This document shows positions 9,295-18,954 of a stretch of 64,000 bases of DNA, piece by piece. The notes beneath the pieces are model-generated. The model did no database searches. It saw nothing but the letters and a program-made list of their open reading frames with translations, and had not been told where the DNA came from. Origin of the DNA: an uncultured bacterium (GTDB lineage: Bacteria > SAR324 > NAC60-12); contig CBFIGY010000001.1 of NCBI GenBank assembly GCA_965662235.1, forward strand, positions 352,001-416,000. The letters run 5' to 3'. A program made the position numbers and the translations under genes. Every line of letters begins with the position of its first letter. The stretch's first letter is position 1.

Positions 9295-10656
9295 TCAGAC
9301 TCCAGCCTCAGTCAGGTAGGTGGGGAACAGGGTCAATCCGTCTGAGACGGATACCGTATGGTTCAGGGTCCAGCGATAGGCAGCGCTGGCCGGCATCACT
9401 TCATCGAGGACGAACGACACGCCTCCAGCGGTCCCCTTGACGTCTGGAAGTCGGGCATAGAACAGCTGGCGGGTTCCGGTCATGGTGAGCTCCTCTGCCA
9501 TTTCGGCTGTGGGGGCAACGCCTTGAACGACGATGCAGAGCTCGTGTCCGGGACGGTCCCGGAGGGGCTCCATTTCGCCCATGATCCCGTCTCGTCCGAA
9601 GACGTTGTAGTGGAGCTCATATCCGGAGTCACCAAAACGCTCGCGTACCTGTGTACGGGCCCATTCAATGACCTGGTCGATGTGGGCGATGGTGTAAGGA
9701 TCCCGGACACCGGCAATGCCAACAAAGCGTTCCCCTAGCTTTCCGGCGCCTTCTAGCTTCACTCGAAAATCCTCTGCTGGGTGAAAGGCCGGACCCGTGA
9801 TGCGGGTGGTTTGCGGGGCAAACTGCTCATACCGGCAATGAGTCATGTCCAGCTGCCCTCCCGCGACAAATTCGTGGAACGGGTTGGTGCGCTCGTACAT
9901 GGCGTGTCCGGACACAGACGCAACGGTGCAGCGTTGATGGGGATGCATGGCAGTGACCTTGACGTCGTCTTGGCTGATTTCCCCAAGGACGGTCTCCTTA
10001 CCTCCGTAGGGCTCGGCACAGAAGGAGGCACACTCCAGCACCTTTCCCAGGTAGTAAGAAAGGGCTTCGGGGTAGCCATGGTGCAGGGCGGGAGCGGCAA
10101 AGATGACACTGTCGCTGCTCCGACCTCCGATGATGACGTCGGCACCTTCTGAGAGCAGCTTCAGGTAAGGATGAACGCCGGCCATGGCGACAATACGATC
10201 CGTGGCATCCAGCTCTGCCTCCGTTAGGTCAGCAAAGCCGTCTAGGCCGGAAATCGTTTCTCCTGCCCGGAGCTTGGCCCTCAGCAGGTCGTGCGACACC
10301 TCCGAGTAGAAGTAGCCCAGGCGAAACCGAGGCAGGCGATGCTGGGCGGCAATCTCCTGAATCAGGGCGATGTAGCGGTCCACACGACCGTTGGTGCCGG
10401 TGTCTCCTGCGGAGCCAATCAGCATTGGCACACCCAGGGAACGGGAGGCGAGCAACATCTGCTCAAGGTCATGGCGTTGCCACTGCTCCGGACTGGTGGA
10501 CGTGTTGCTTCCCAATGGAACCGGTCCAACGTCGTCACTGCCGGAATCTGCAGCAATGTAATCGGGCTGGGCCTCAACCCCATAGCGGAAGCTTTCCGTC
10601 TTCAAGGGGGCAAAACCGAGGTGTCCGTTGGGGCAAATGATTTTAAGAGAGCTCAT
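9295..10656 (-). CDS. Acyclic terpene utilization AtuA (DUF1446) family protein
   Basis: DSGSDD.GP..LG, GADVIIGGRSSD, GKVLECASFCAEP, HAMYERTNP, VKLEGA. Confidence 0.82.
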   Translation of the reverse strand: MSSLKIICPNGHLGFAPLKTESFRYGVEAQPDYIAADSGSDDVGPVPLGSNTSTSPEQWQRHDLEQMLLASRSLGVPMLIGSAGDTGTNGRVDRYIALIQEIAAQHRLPRFRLGYFYSEVSHDLLRAKLRAGETISGLDGFADLTEAELDATDRIVAMAGVHPYLKLLSEGADVIIGGRSSDSVIFAAPALHHGYPEALSYYLGKVLECASFCAEPYGGKETVLGEISQDDVKVTAMHPHQRCTVASVSGHAMYERTNPFHEFVAGGQLDMTHCRYEQFAPQTTRITGPAFHPAEDFRVKLEGAGKLGERFVGIAGVRDPYTIAHIDQVIEWARTQVRERFGDSGYELHYNVFGRDGIMGEMEPLRDRPGHELCIVVQGVAPTAEMAEELTMTGTRQLFYARLPDVKGTAGGVSFVLDEVMPASAAYRWTLNHTVSVSDGLTLFPTYLTEAGV

Positions 10657-10715
10657 GAACGTATCTCACTCAGCAAAGGTTGGAGCTAGGCGATGGCCTG
10701 ACTGCCTCGGTATTC

Positions 10716-10731
10716 AGCACACAATATGCCA
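10716..10731 (-). promoter_or_regulatory. Sigma54 -24/-12 promoter for atuA-like/DUF4387
   Basis: Minus strand TGGCATATTGTGTGCT (GG-N10-GC), 60 bp upstream of the start. Confidence 0.7.
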
Positions 10732-10845
10732 GCTCTGCTTTGTGGAAAGAACACTGAAGTTAAAAGGGAAATGGGCCTTTTAGCAAAAGGGGAGGGACGG
10801 TAGGCTCCTAAAATAAGCGTCAGTTTCACGCAAAAAAGAGCGAGT

Positions 10846-11826
10846 TCAACGCAGGTCGAGTTTGAGCATTTGGTGCCGGAGGGCGTGCCGTGTCAGTCCC
10901 AGCGCCTCAGCCGTGGCCGTTAGGTTTCCGTTGTAACGGGCCAGTGCCTGTTCAATCAGTTGCGCCTGAAAGAGTCGGGTTGCTTCCTGGTACGACATCC
11001 CTTCCCAGTGGCCAGTGTCTGGAGCAGGACCGGGCGTGTGGCGGGTGGGGCGCTCCACTTCACGCATGATGCGGGGCGGAATGTGCTTCACGAGAACCTG
11101 TTGGTCATCTTCCAGAACAAAGATCCGCTCCAAGAGATTTTCCAGCTCCCGGACGTTCCCTGGCCAGTGGTAGTGGCGAAAGACCTCCTCAACAGCTGGC
11201 TCCCAGCCCTTGAGTTCTCGACCATAACGTGTGTTGAACCGACGGATGAAGTAGTCGGTGAGGAGGAAGCAATCGTCTCCTCGCTCACGCAGCGGCGGAA
11301 TGTTGATCGCAACCACCTGCAGCCGGTAATACAGGTCGTCCCGGAAGCGGCCTTCTTGCACCTCGCTGAATAAGATGCGGTTGGTGGCGCCAATGAAGCG
11401 GACGTCAACGCTAATGTCCCGAATGGTTCCGAGTCGTCGGAAGCGCTGGGTATCCAGAAGACTGAGCAGCTTGGCCTGAACCACATGATCGAGGTCCCGG
11501 ATTTCATCGAGAAACAAGGAACCCCCGTCTGCGGCTTCAATCAGCCCTTTTTTTTGCGCAAGTGCTCCCGTGAAGGCCCCCTTTTCATGCCCAAACAGTT
11601 CTGATTCCACCAGGTTGGAGGGGATTGCTGCGCAGTTGAGGTCAATGAACTCCTTGTCATTGCGGGTGGATTGCTCGTGAATCATCCGCGCCACGACCCC
11701 TTTCCCAGTGCCGGTTTCTCCATAAATGAGTACCGCCCGCGCCTGGCTTTCTGCGACCCGTTTGGTCAACCGACGGACCGACTGAATCTGTTCCGAATCG
11801 CCTACCAGTCCTCCGAAGTACGTCAC
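10846..11826 (-). CDS. Sigma54 enhancer-binding protein, AAA+ plus Fis HTH, no N-terminal sensor domain
   Basis: GETGTGK, ESELFGHEKGAFTGA, LFLDEI, RDDLYYRL, WPGNVRELEN, C-terminal HTH; probable GTG start 11826 (upstream extension overlaps the C45 gene). Confidence 0.9.
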   Translation of the reverse strand: MTYFGGLVGDSEQIQSVRRLTKRVAESQARAVLIYGETGTGKGVVARMIHEQSTRNDKEFIDLNCAAIPSNLVESELFGHEKGAFTGALAQKKGLIEAADGGSLFLDEIRDLDHVVQAKLLSLLDTQRFRRLGTIRDISVDVRFIGATNRILFSEVQEGRFRDDLYYRLQVVAINIPPLRERGDDCFLLTDYFIRRFNTRYGRELKGWEPAVEEVFRHYHWPGNVRELENLLERIFVLEDDQQVLVKHIPPRIMREVERPTRHTPGPAPDTGHWEGMSYQEATRLFQAQLIEQALARYNGNLTATAEALGLTRHALRHQMLKLDLR

Positions 11827-11930
11827 GTTTGATGACCTGCAGCAAAGGGGACTGGTGCGTCTCCGTGGGAAGGAGGAAAGGCGTCGTCGTGCAGAGAAAG
11901 CATTGGAGGAAGGAGGTGGATGTGGGTCAT
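11823..11930 (-). CDS. Putative 35-aa ORF bridging C45 gene and activator
   Basis: MTHIHLLPPMLSLHDDAFPPSHGDAPVPFAAGHQT; ATGA overlap with C45 stop and GTGA overlap with activator start. Confidence 0.35.
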   Translation of the reverse strand: MTHIHLLPPMLSLHDDAFPPSHGDAPVPFAAGHQT

Positions 11931-12991
11931 GTAGCGCAATATGAGGTCCAGAGGCCTTGGCAAGGATTTCCCTCACAGAACAACAGGAGCCGCTCTCGGC
12001 AAATGAACACCGCTCCCGAAAGGGTCTGAGCGTCGCCATCTTCTCCGTGGCGGCAGAGTCCGGTAACAGCCCCTTCGCTGTGAGAGGCCATGAGAGCTTG
12101 CAGCTCAGGCAACGTCGCCGTTCCGCTCTGGAGGGCCTGGTCAAGGGCTTGGGCTCTTCCTTGAGAGCTGGCCACCATGGGCGCCGTGTCGGGCGCGTTG
12201 GCAACAGAGTCGGGCCGGAAGTGATTGGTTCGCGAAACCCCATGAGGCGCCTGCTCCACCCTTAGGGTGCGGTGCCCTAAATCAACCGCCGCTGTGTCTC
12301 CAGAGGCGTCTGCTAGGACCAACGAGCCCCCGCCGGCGTGGGGGAGCGTACGGAGGTCCTTGAGGGCCTCTGCCACTGTTGCATGCCGAGAGAGCAACCG
12401 CGTCATCAGGAAGTAACGCAACCAGCCGACGCCGTGATCAGGAGTGGCAATCTGCGTATCGGCAACGGCCAGTCCACTGGAGTTGAGACCACTGGAGTAC
12501 ACGCCCGGAGCCCCAAGGCTGCCCACACAGAGGACGCGATGCCCCTGTGGCCAAGTGGGATCAGTATGCAGAAACACCCGCTGCAAGTCCACGTGCTCTC
12601 CATGAAAATCTCGGTTCTTGCCCACGACCGGACCCTCTTCAGAAGTCACCACCGCCCACGCGCTGCAGCCATCCCCTTCAGTAACAGACGCAGGAAGGTG
12701 CTTCAGCAGGCCTAGGTGCAGAAAGGCAAAGAGCTTCAGGGGATCAACTCCGAATCCGGTGGCGACTCCCTGCATTTCAGCCAATTCAGGCTGGCAGTGC
12801 TGTTGGGCAAACTCCCACTGCTGCACCAAGAACGCCTGTACCTGAGGCTGACTCAAGAGCGGGCGATGCAACTCCAGACGCTTCATGAGGGCCGGAAGCA
12901 CCGGAGCCCTTTCAGCAGCTTCAGCCTGCAGGCGGCCCCGCTGCTCAGCGGTTCCATTGAGGAGCACGGGCGTGCCAGGAGAAGGGGTCAT
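11927..12991 (-). CDS. C45 family autoproteolytic acyltransferase/hydrolase (Ntn fold)
   Basis: G/CSAW autocleavage site, GKNRD, GLNSSGLAV, TNHF. Confidence 0.85.
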   Translation of the reverse strand: MTPSPGTPVLLNGTAEQRGRLQAEAAERAPVLPALMKRLELHRPLLSQPQVQAFLVQQWEFAQQHCQPELAEMQGVATGFGVDPLKLFAFLHLGLLKHLPASVTEGDGCSAWAVVTSEEGPVVGKNRDFHGEHVDLQRVFLHTDPTWPQGHRVLCVGSLGAPGVYSSGLNSSGLAVADTQIATPDHGVGWLRYFLMTRLLSRHATVAEALKDLRTLPHAGGGSLVLADASGDTAAVDLGHRTLRVEQAPHGVSRTNHFRPDSVANAPDTAPMVASSQGRAQALDQALQSGTATLPELQALMASHSEGAVTGLCRHGEDGDAQTLSGAVFICRERLLLFCEGNPCQGLWTSYCAT

Positions 12992-13980
12992 GCAGATCCT
13001 TTTTCCACGAGATGACAGGCCACTTGATGATGCGGAGCAATCGGCTTCCGGACAGGAGGTCGCTGACGACAGACCTCTGTTGCCCGAGGGCAGCGGGTGT
13101 GAAACTTACATCCGGAGGGGGGATTGATCGGTGAGGGGAGGTCTCCTGTCAACTGGATGCGGGGACGTCCGGTTGCGGAGGCCTCCACTCGTGGAACCGC
13201 AGAGAGCAGTGCCTGGGTGTAGGGGTGTTGAGGATGGTTCAGGATCACTGCGGTGGGGCCCTCCTCCACCACCTCTCCAAGGTACATGACAGCAATGCGG
13301 TCGCTGACGTACCCGATAACAGAGATGTCGTGGGAAATGAACAAGTAGGTTAGGCTAAGCTCGCGCTTCAGCTTGTCAAGCAGCTCAATGATCTGAGCCT
13401 GAATGGAGACATCAAGGGCTGAGACGGGCTCATCACAAACAATGAAATCGGGGTGAAGGATGAGGGCTCGTGCGATTCCAATGCGCTGGCGCTGTCCTCC
13501 GGAGAACTGGTGTGGGTGCCGGTTCATGTGCTGAGGCTTTAGCCCCACGTTTTCCAGCATGGCTGCTACTCGGTCGGCCACCTCGTGAGACGGGACAAGC
13601 CCATGGAGTTTCAGGGGCTGCCCGATGATTTCCTGAACGGTTTTTCGGGGGTTCAGGGAGGCATACGGATCCTGAAAGATGATCTGCATCTTCCGCCGCA
13701 TGGCCTTCATTTCAACCTCATCCAGAGCCGTTACGTCCTGGCCTTCAAAGAAGACCTTTCCGGCTGTAGGTTCATGCAGGCGCAAGAGGGTCCGTCCGAG
13801 TGTGCTTTTGCCGCAGCCACTTTCACCAATCAGCCCCAGGGTCTCCCCCCGTTGAATGGTCAGGTCCACTTGATTCACCGCCTGCACCAGCACCCCCGGA
13901 TTACCGGTGAGGCTTCCCCACAGTCCGCGCCGCGAGTCGTAGTGCTTGACCAGTTTCTGCGTTTCCAGCAAGAGAGGCAT
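12988..13980 (-). CDS. Oligopeptide/dipeptide ABC ATPase (DppF-like)
   Basis: GESGCGKS, FSGGQRQR, CDEP, HPYT, GCKFHTRC; start MPLLLE overlaps the DppD-like stop. Confidence 0.92.
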   Translation of the reverse strand: MPLLLETQKLVKHYDSRRGLWGSLTGNPGVLVQAVNQVDLTIQRGETLGLIGESGCGKSTLGRTLLRLHEPTAGKVFFEGQDVTALDEVEMKAMRRKMQIIFQDPYASLNPRKTVQEIIGQPLKLHGLVPSHEVADRVAAMLENVGLKPQHMNRHPHQFSGGQRQRIGIARALILHPDFIVCDEPVSALDVSIQAQIIELLDKLKRELSLTYLFISHDISVIGYVSDRIAVMYLGEVVEEGPTAVILNHPQHPYTQALLSAVPRVEASATGRPRIQLTGDLPSPINPPSGCKFHTRCPRATEVCRQRPPVRKPIAPHHQVACHLVEKGSA

Positions 13981-14981
13981 CAGCAGGCCTCCTCTGAGAG
14001 GGAGGCCTTGAGGCAGCGGACCTGACGCTCCGGCCCGAAAAGCCGCATGGGAATGGGGTGGTGGCAGTCGACATCCGCAATGGTGCAGCGGTCTAAAAAC
14101 CGACACTGTGGTGGCAGGTCGATCAGCTCCGGCACGGTTCCGTCAATGGGACGGATCCGTTCCTTCAGTGCCGAAAGGCGTGGGATGGAAGCAAGGAGCC
14201 CCTGAGTGTAGGGATGCTGCGGGTGGTCAATGACTTCACGGGTGCGGCCACTTTCGACCACCTGCCCGGCGTACATCACCACCACTCGCTCACAGTACTC
14301 GGCCACCACACCCAGGTCGTGGGTGATGAGAACCACGCTCATGCCCAGCTGAGAACGAATGCGGGCGATCAGCTCCAGAACCTGCGCCTGAATGGTCACG
14401 TCCAGGGCGGTGGTTGGTTCATCCGCGATCAACAGGCTGGGGCGGCAGGCGAGGGCAATGGCGATCATGATGCGTTGACGCATCCCCCCGGAAAATTGGT
14501 GCGGGTAATCATCCAGCCGATTCTCTGCAGAGGGAATGCCGACCAGCTGCATCATCTGCAGCGCCTTTTCACGGGCCTGACGGATCCGGGCTCGCCGGGA
14601 GCCACTCAGGGTTTCATCATGAGCCAGCAGGACCTCAATGATTTGGTCTGAAACGGTATAGGCTGGATTCAAAGCCGTGAGGGCATCCTGCATGGTCATG
14701 GCCATTTCCTTTCCACGCAGTGCCCGATACGTGTGGGAAGGCAGCCCCACCAGTTCCTGACCGTTGAAGCGGATCGAGCCGCCGGCAATGAAGCCAGGGG
14801 TCCGGACTAGGCCCATCACGCTGGAGAAGGTGACGCTCTTTCCAGAGCCAGACTCTCCGACAACGCCCAAACACTCCCCCGACCTGACGTCTAGGCTGAC
14901 GCCATCTACGGCTGTGACAGTGCCGTTCTGGGTCGCAAAGCAGGTCTTCAGGTCGGTGATTTCCAAAATAGGTGCGGCCAT
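13980..14981 (-). CDS. Oligopeptide/dipeptide ABC ATPase (DppD-like)
   Basis: GESGSGKS, FSGGMRQR, ADEPTTALDVT. Confidence 0.92.
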   Translation of the reverse strand: MAAPILEITDLKTCFATQNGTVTAVDGVSLDVRSGECLGVVGESGSGKSVTFSSVMGLVRTPGFIAGGSIRFNGQELVGLPSHTYRALRGKEMAMTMQDALTALNPAYTVSDQIIEVLLAHDETLSGSRRARIRQAREKALQMMQLVGIPSAENRLDDYPHQFSGGMRQRIMIAIALACRPSLLIADEPTTALDVTIQAQVLELIARIRSQLGMSVVLITHDLGVVAEYCERVVVMYAGQVVESGRTREVIDHPQHPYTQGLLASIPRLSALKERIRPIDGTVPELIDLPPQCRFLDRCTIADVDCHHPIPMRLFGPERQVRCLKASLSEEAC

Positions 14982-14988
14982 CGTCCCC

Positions 14989-15882
14989 TTAATCGTGAAA
15001 CTTGGGGTCAAAGGCATCTCGCAGCCCCTGGCTGGCCACGTTGATGCTGAGGACCAGTAGGAGGATGGCGATGCCGGGGAAGGTGCTCACCCACCATGCC
15101 TCCAGCATGAAGGCACGGCCGTCGGCGACCATGGAGCCCCATGACGCGGTTGGAGGCTGCACCCCCAGTCCGAGAAACGACAGACTGGCCTCCAGAATGA
15201 TCACGTGCGCCATGCGGACCGTGGAGACCACCACAACCGGGGAGAGAATGTTGGGGAGGATTTCACGCAACATGATGTAACCACGTCCGCCTCCCATTGC
15301 TCGGGCTGCCTCAACGTACTCCAGCTCACGAGTGGCCAGGGTTTCTCCTCGTACCACGCGGCAGGGGATCACCCATTCCTTGTAGGCCAAGGCAAAGATG
15401 ATGTTTTGCAGGCCGGGCCCGGTCATTGCGATCAGGGCAATGGCAAAGATGAGGTAGGGAAACCCGAGCAGGATATCGACCAGCCGGGAGATTGCGACGT
15501 CCACCCAGCCCCGCAGGTACCCTGCCGCCAGCCCGGCCAAGGTTCCAATGGTGGTGGCGACCAGAATCACCGAGGCGCCAATGAAAATGGAAATCCGTGC
15601 TCCGTAGATGATACGGGAAAGGATATCGCGTCCAAGCGCGTCGCACCCCAGCAGGTAGGCCCAGTCACCGCCTTCCATCCACGCTGGTGGTTGCAAGCGG
15701 AGGAAGAGGTCGGCTTCATTAGGATCATGTGGGGCAAACAGCGGAGCTGCGATTGCCATCAGGATGAACAGAAGGACGACTGCTGCAGAGCCCAACGACA
15801 TCTTGCTGCGGGCAAACAGGCGGAGGTTCCTCCGAAACAGGGACTCCGTGGCGTGGGTCCGTTCTGCAACCAGGCGAGACAT
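14989..15882 (-). CDS. Peptide ABC permease (DppC-like)
   Basis: LGCDALGRDILSR, EYVEAARAMG, LSFLGLG; start MSRLVA. Confidence 0.92.
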   Translation of the reverse strand: MSRLVAERTHATESLFRRNLRLFARSKMSLGSAAVVLLFILMAIAAPLFAPHDPNEADLFLRLQPPAWMEGGDWAYLLGCDALGRDILSRIIYGARISIFIGASVILVATTIGTLAGLAAGYLRGWVDVAISRLVDILLGFPYLIFAIALIAMTGPGLQNIIFALAYKEWVIPCRVVRGETLATRELEYVEAARAMGGGRGYIMLREILPNILSPVVVVSTVRMAHVIILEASLSFLGLGVQPPTASWGSMVADGRAFMLEAWWVSTFPGIAILLLVLSINVASQGLRDAFDPKFHD

Positions 15883-16889
15883 TACAGGCGAACCCTTGGA
15901 TTGAGCACGGTGTAGAGCAGGTCTGCCACAAAGTTCAGCAACACGTAGGTGACCGCATAAATCAAAACAGCCGCCTGAATCAGTGGGTAATTGCGGACAA
16001 AAATGCTCTCCACGACTAGGCGTCCCAGGCCCGGCCACCCAAAGACGGTCTCAACCACCATGTTGCCTCCAAGCAACGCTCCGGTCTCAATGGCAGCCAC
16101 AGTGACGGTGGGAATCAGGGCATTCTTCAACGCATGCTTGGTCAGCACCTTGGAACGGGAGATGCCCTTGGCTTCAGCAAAGGTGATGTAATCCTGCTTC
16201 AGGACCTCCAGCATGGAGACCCGTGTGACCCGCATCAGGATGGAGGCCATTGGCAACCCCAGGGTGATGCCTGGGAGGATGAGGTGAGAAAGCACGTCTG
16301 TGAAGGCGTCGAAGCGCCCGTGCAGAAGGGTATCGATCAGCAGCAGGTGGGTGATTGGGGGAACTTCTGAAGAGTACCCTGCCCGTCCTGAAACCGGAAG
16401 AAGGTGGAGGTGTACGGCAAACAGCATGAGCAGCAGAATGCCAAACCAGAATCCGGGCAACGAGACTCCGAACAGAGACCCCACGGTGGCCAGCCGGTCA
16501 AGGATGGTGTTCTTCTTGACGGCTGCAAGAACCCCCAGCGGAATCGCTGTTACCAGAGCCAGGAGCAACGCAAAGAGGCTCAGCTCAATGGTCGCCGGCA
16601 GGCGTGAGGCAATCACGTCCATGACAGGCTGACGGTGGTAGTAGCTGAGCCCGAAATTCCCGGTGACTGCGTTTTCCAGAAATTTGACAAAACGCTCCAC
16701 CGGAGGCAGGTCCAGTCCCATGTCTCGACGCAGCGCCTGCTCCTGGGCGGCTGTGACGTGCTGGTCTCCCAGCATGATCTGCACCGGGTCCCCGGGCGTC
16801 AGGGTCATCATGAAGAAGACGATGGCACTGACGCCAAACAGTACCGGAATCAGCTGGGCCAGCCGGGCGATCAGCTTACCGATTTTCAT
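15882..16889 (-). CDS. Peptide ABC permease (DppB-like)
   Basis: PGDP, RLPATIEL, AEAKG, VETVFGWPGLG. Confidence 0.92.
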   Translation of the reverse strand: MKIGKLIARLAQLIPVLFGVSAIVFFMMTLTPGDPVQIMLGDQHVTAAQEQALRRDMGLDLPPVERFVKFLENAVTGNFGLSYYHRQPVMDVIASRLPATIELSLFALLLALVTAIPLGVLAAVKKNTILDRLATVGSLFGVSLPGFWFGILLLMLFAVHLHLLPVSGRAGYSSEVPPITHLLLIDTLLHGRFDAFTDVLSHLILPGITLGLPMASILMRVTRVSMLEVLKQDYITFAEAKGISRSKVLTKHALKNALIPTVTVAAIETGALLGGNMVVETVFGWPGLGRLVVESIFVRNYPLIQAAVLIYAVTYVLLNFVADLLYTVLNPRVRL

Positions 16890-16923
16890 AGCAGGTGACT
16901 CGGTCGGGGGTCTCGGGGAGCCG

Positions 16924-18453
16924 TTACTTCAGACAGGCGTCATGCAGGTTGATGCGACTGTCGGCACTGGGCTGCCAGCCGGTGACCCGGTTGGAGACGC
17001 CATAGAGGTCCTGCGCCACCCAGAGGTACACGTAGGGCAAGTCCTGATTGACGAGTGCTTCAGCCTGCGCGTAGAGCGCTGCTCGCTTGGTTCGGTCCAG
17101 CTCCGCTCCGGCTTCATCCAGCAGCTGATCCACCTTTGGGTTGGAGTAGCCACTTGAGTTGCCACGATCAGCCGTCCGGTGCGTGGGCACAAAAATGCCC
17201 ACCGGGTCCAGGGAGCCATTCCCCCAAGAAGTCAGCCACATCTGACCATCAATGGGATCTCCCTTGGTGCGGTAACGCTTCACCAGCTGAGAGCCTTCCC
17301 CAACGACCACCTTCACCCGAATATCCGCTTTGCTCAACACGGCGCCAATGGCTTCTGCAATTTCCTTGTTGGCTCCGTCGACATCCAGCGTGACATCCAG
17401 CCCATTTGCATAACCGGCTTCTGCAAGCAGGGCTTTGGCCTTGGCCACATCGTAGCCGTAGGCTGGCAGGTTGGTGTTCTTGCCGAAGGCGTCCGGACTG
17501 AGGATACCATCAATCAAAGAGGCATTGCCATTGAGGATCTTGTCCACAATCAACTGCCGATCCAGGGCATGGGCCACGGCTTGGCGCACCCGAGCATCGT
17601 TGAAGGGAGCCTTTTGGTTGTTAAGGGCAATGTAGGATGACCGGGTTCCATTGACGGCCATGACCCGGGTGTTGGGGTTGTTCTCCACCTGCCGGACGGT
17701 GTGTGCCGGGAGGTCGTTGATGATGTGAACATCCCCGGCCAGCAAGGCGGCCACTCGAGAGGCGTTCTCCGGGATGATCTTGAAGATGACTCGGTCCACG
17801 CAGGCCGGCTGTACCGGAGGAATGTCCGCTGCTCCCCCGTAGTAGCCGTCAAAGCGCTCCATGATCACCGAGTCTCCCTTCCGCCACTCCACCAGCTTGA
17901 AGGGACCGGTGCCATTGACCTGGTTGGCCAGTTCCCCGGGACCAATCTTTTCCACAAAACTCTTGGAGACCATTTCCTGAAACGGTTGCATCGCAGGGAA
18001 AATGGGTGCAGGCGCATTGAGGACAAAACGGACGGTCAAGGGATCGACGACGACGACTTCCTTGAGGTCACCCACCAGGCTCTGGCGTGGGCTGGTCTGG
18101 CCGTCCATTGCGCCCTCTTGAGTCAGACGCTCATAGGTGAACTTGACGTCCTCAGCGGTGAAGGGGGTGCCATCGTGAAAGGTCACCCCCGACCGCAGCT
18201 TGAACTCATACGTCACCGGGTTGAGCTGAGACCAACTGGCAGCGAGTTCCGGAACGACGTTCATCGCCGAGTCACGAGTCAGGATGCCGTCGTACATGTT
18301 GCGGATGATCGTCTCCGTCTCACGCTTCCGGTGGTTGGCTGGGTCAAGGGTCAAGGCGTCCATGGTAAAACCCACCCGCAGCTCTGTGGCTCCTGCCAGG
18401 GTCGGCAGAGCGAGAGCGGCAGCAACTCCCCACGCAATCCATTTCGTCTTCAT
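16924..18453 (-). CDS. Family 5 ABC substrate-binding protein
   Basis: Signal peptide, LDPA, LRSGVTFHDGTPFTAEDVKF, GTGPFKL, VRQAVAHALDR; GGAG RBS. Confidence 0.92.
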   Translation of the reverse strand: MKTKWIAWGVAAALALPTLAGATELRVGFTMDALTLDPANHRKRETETIIRNMYDGILTRDSAMNVVPELAASWSQLNPVTYEFKLRSGVTFHDGTPFTAEDVKFTYERLTQEGAMDGQTSPRQSLVGDLKEVVVVDPLTVRFVLNAPAPIFPAMQPFQEMVSKSFVEKIGPGELANQVNGTGPFKLVEWRKGDSVIMERFDGYYGGAADIPPVQPACVDRVIFKIIPENASRVAALLAGDVHIINDLPAHTVRQVENNPNTRVMAVNGTRSSYIALNNQKAPFNDARVRQAVAHALDRQLIVDKILNGNASLIDGILSPDAFGKNTNLPAYGYDVAKAKALLAEAGYANGLDVTLDVDGANKEIAEAIGAVLSKADIRVKVVVGEGSQLVKRYRTKGDPIDGQMWLTSWGNGSLDPVGIFVPTHRTADRGNSSGYSNPKVDQLLDEAGAELDRTKRAALYAQAEALVNQDLPYVYLWVAQDLYGVSNRVTGWQPSADSRINLHDACLK

Positions 18454-18522
18454 TCTTCATCTCCATGATTAGCAAGAATAAAACTTCACCCAGGGCAGCT
18501 CCCTGGTAGGAGCGAGGTCTAA

Positions 18523-18538
18523 CGCAATAGCTGTGCCA
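18523..18538 (-). promoter_or_regulatory. Sigma54 -24/-12 promoter for the ABC operon
   Basis: Minus strand TGGCACAGCTATTGCG, matching TGGCAC-N5-TTGC. Confidence 0.85.
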
Positions 18539-18954
18539 GTTGCATGGTCCAATAATCATCAATAATATGAGTGACTCCTGAGCTTAAACGATTGAGCTGT
18601 GGCGCTGCATGGGTGATTTGCACGCCTATTTGTAAAATTTACACGCGGGCCTCCTGGTGCAGAGAAACCCCAAAGTCCGGAAGTTGGCTGGCTTATCAGA
18701 AAACGGACGTGTTCGTTCGAGTGACTTCAGTCCGGAATCACGGGCGCTGCTTTGTCCCAATGAAGAAGCTCCGTGGACGGCACCTCCCTCTGCGCACGTC
18801 TCAGGGAAGGCCCGGGCTTGTCTTTCAGAACCGCCACTCCTGCGGACTGAAGCAAGGGCTCTTGGTTTGACGGAACGGTCATGGAACCCGAACACAACCT
18901 GAACCTGGGGACGTTAGCTTAGCGGCTTTCGCAACCTCAAGCTCGGGAGTACTC

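Noticed and set aside
11827..12243. N-terminal extension of the activator in the ORF track
   Set aside because: Overlaps the C45 gene by over 300 bp and has non-protein-like composition.
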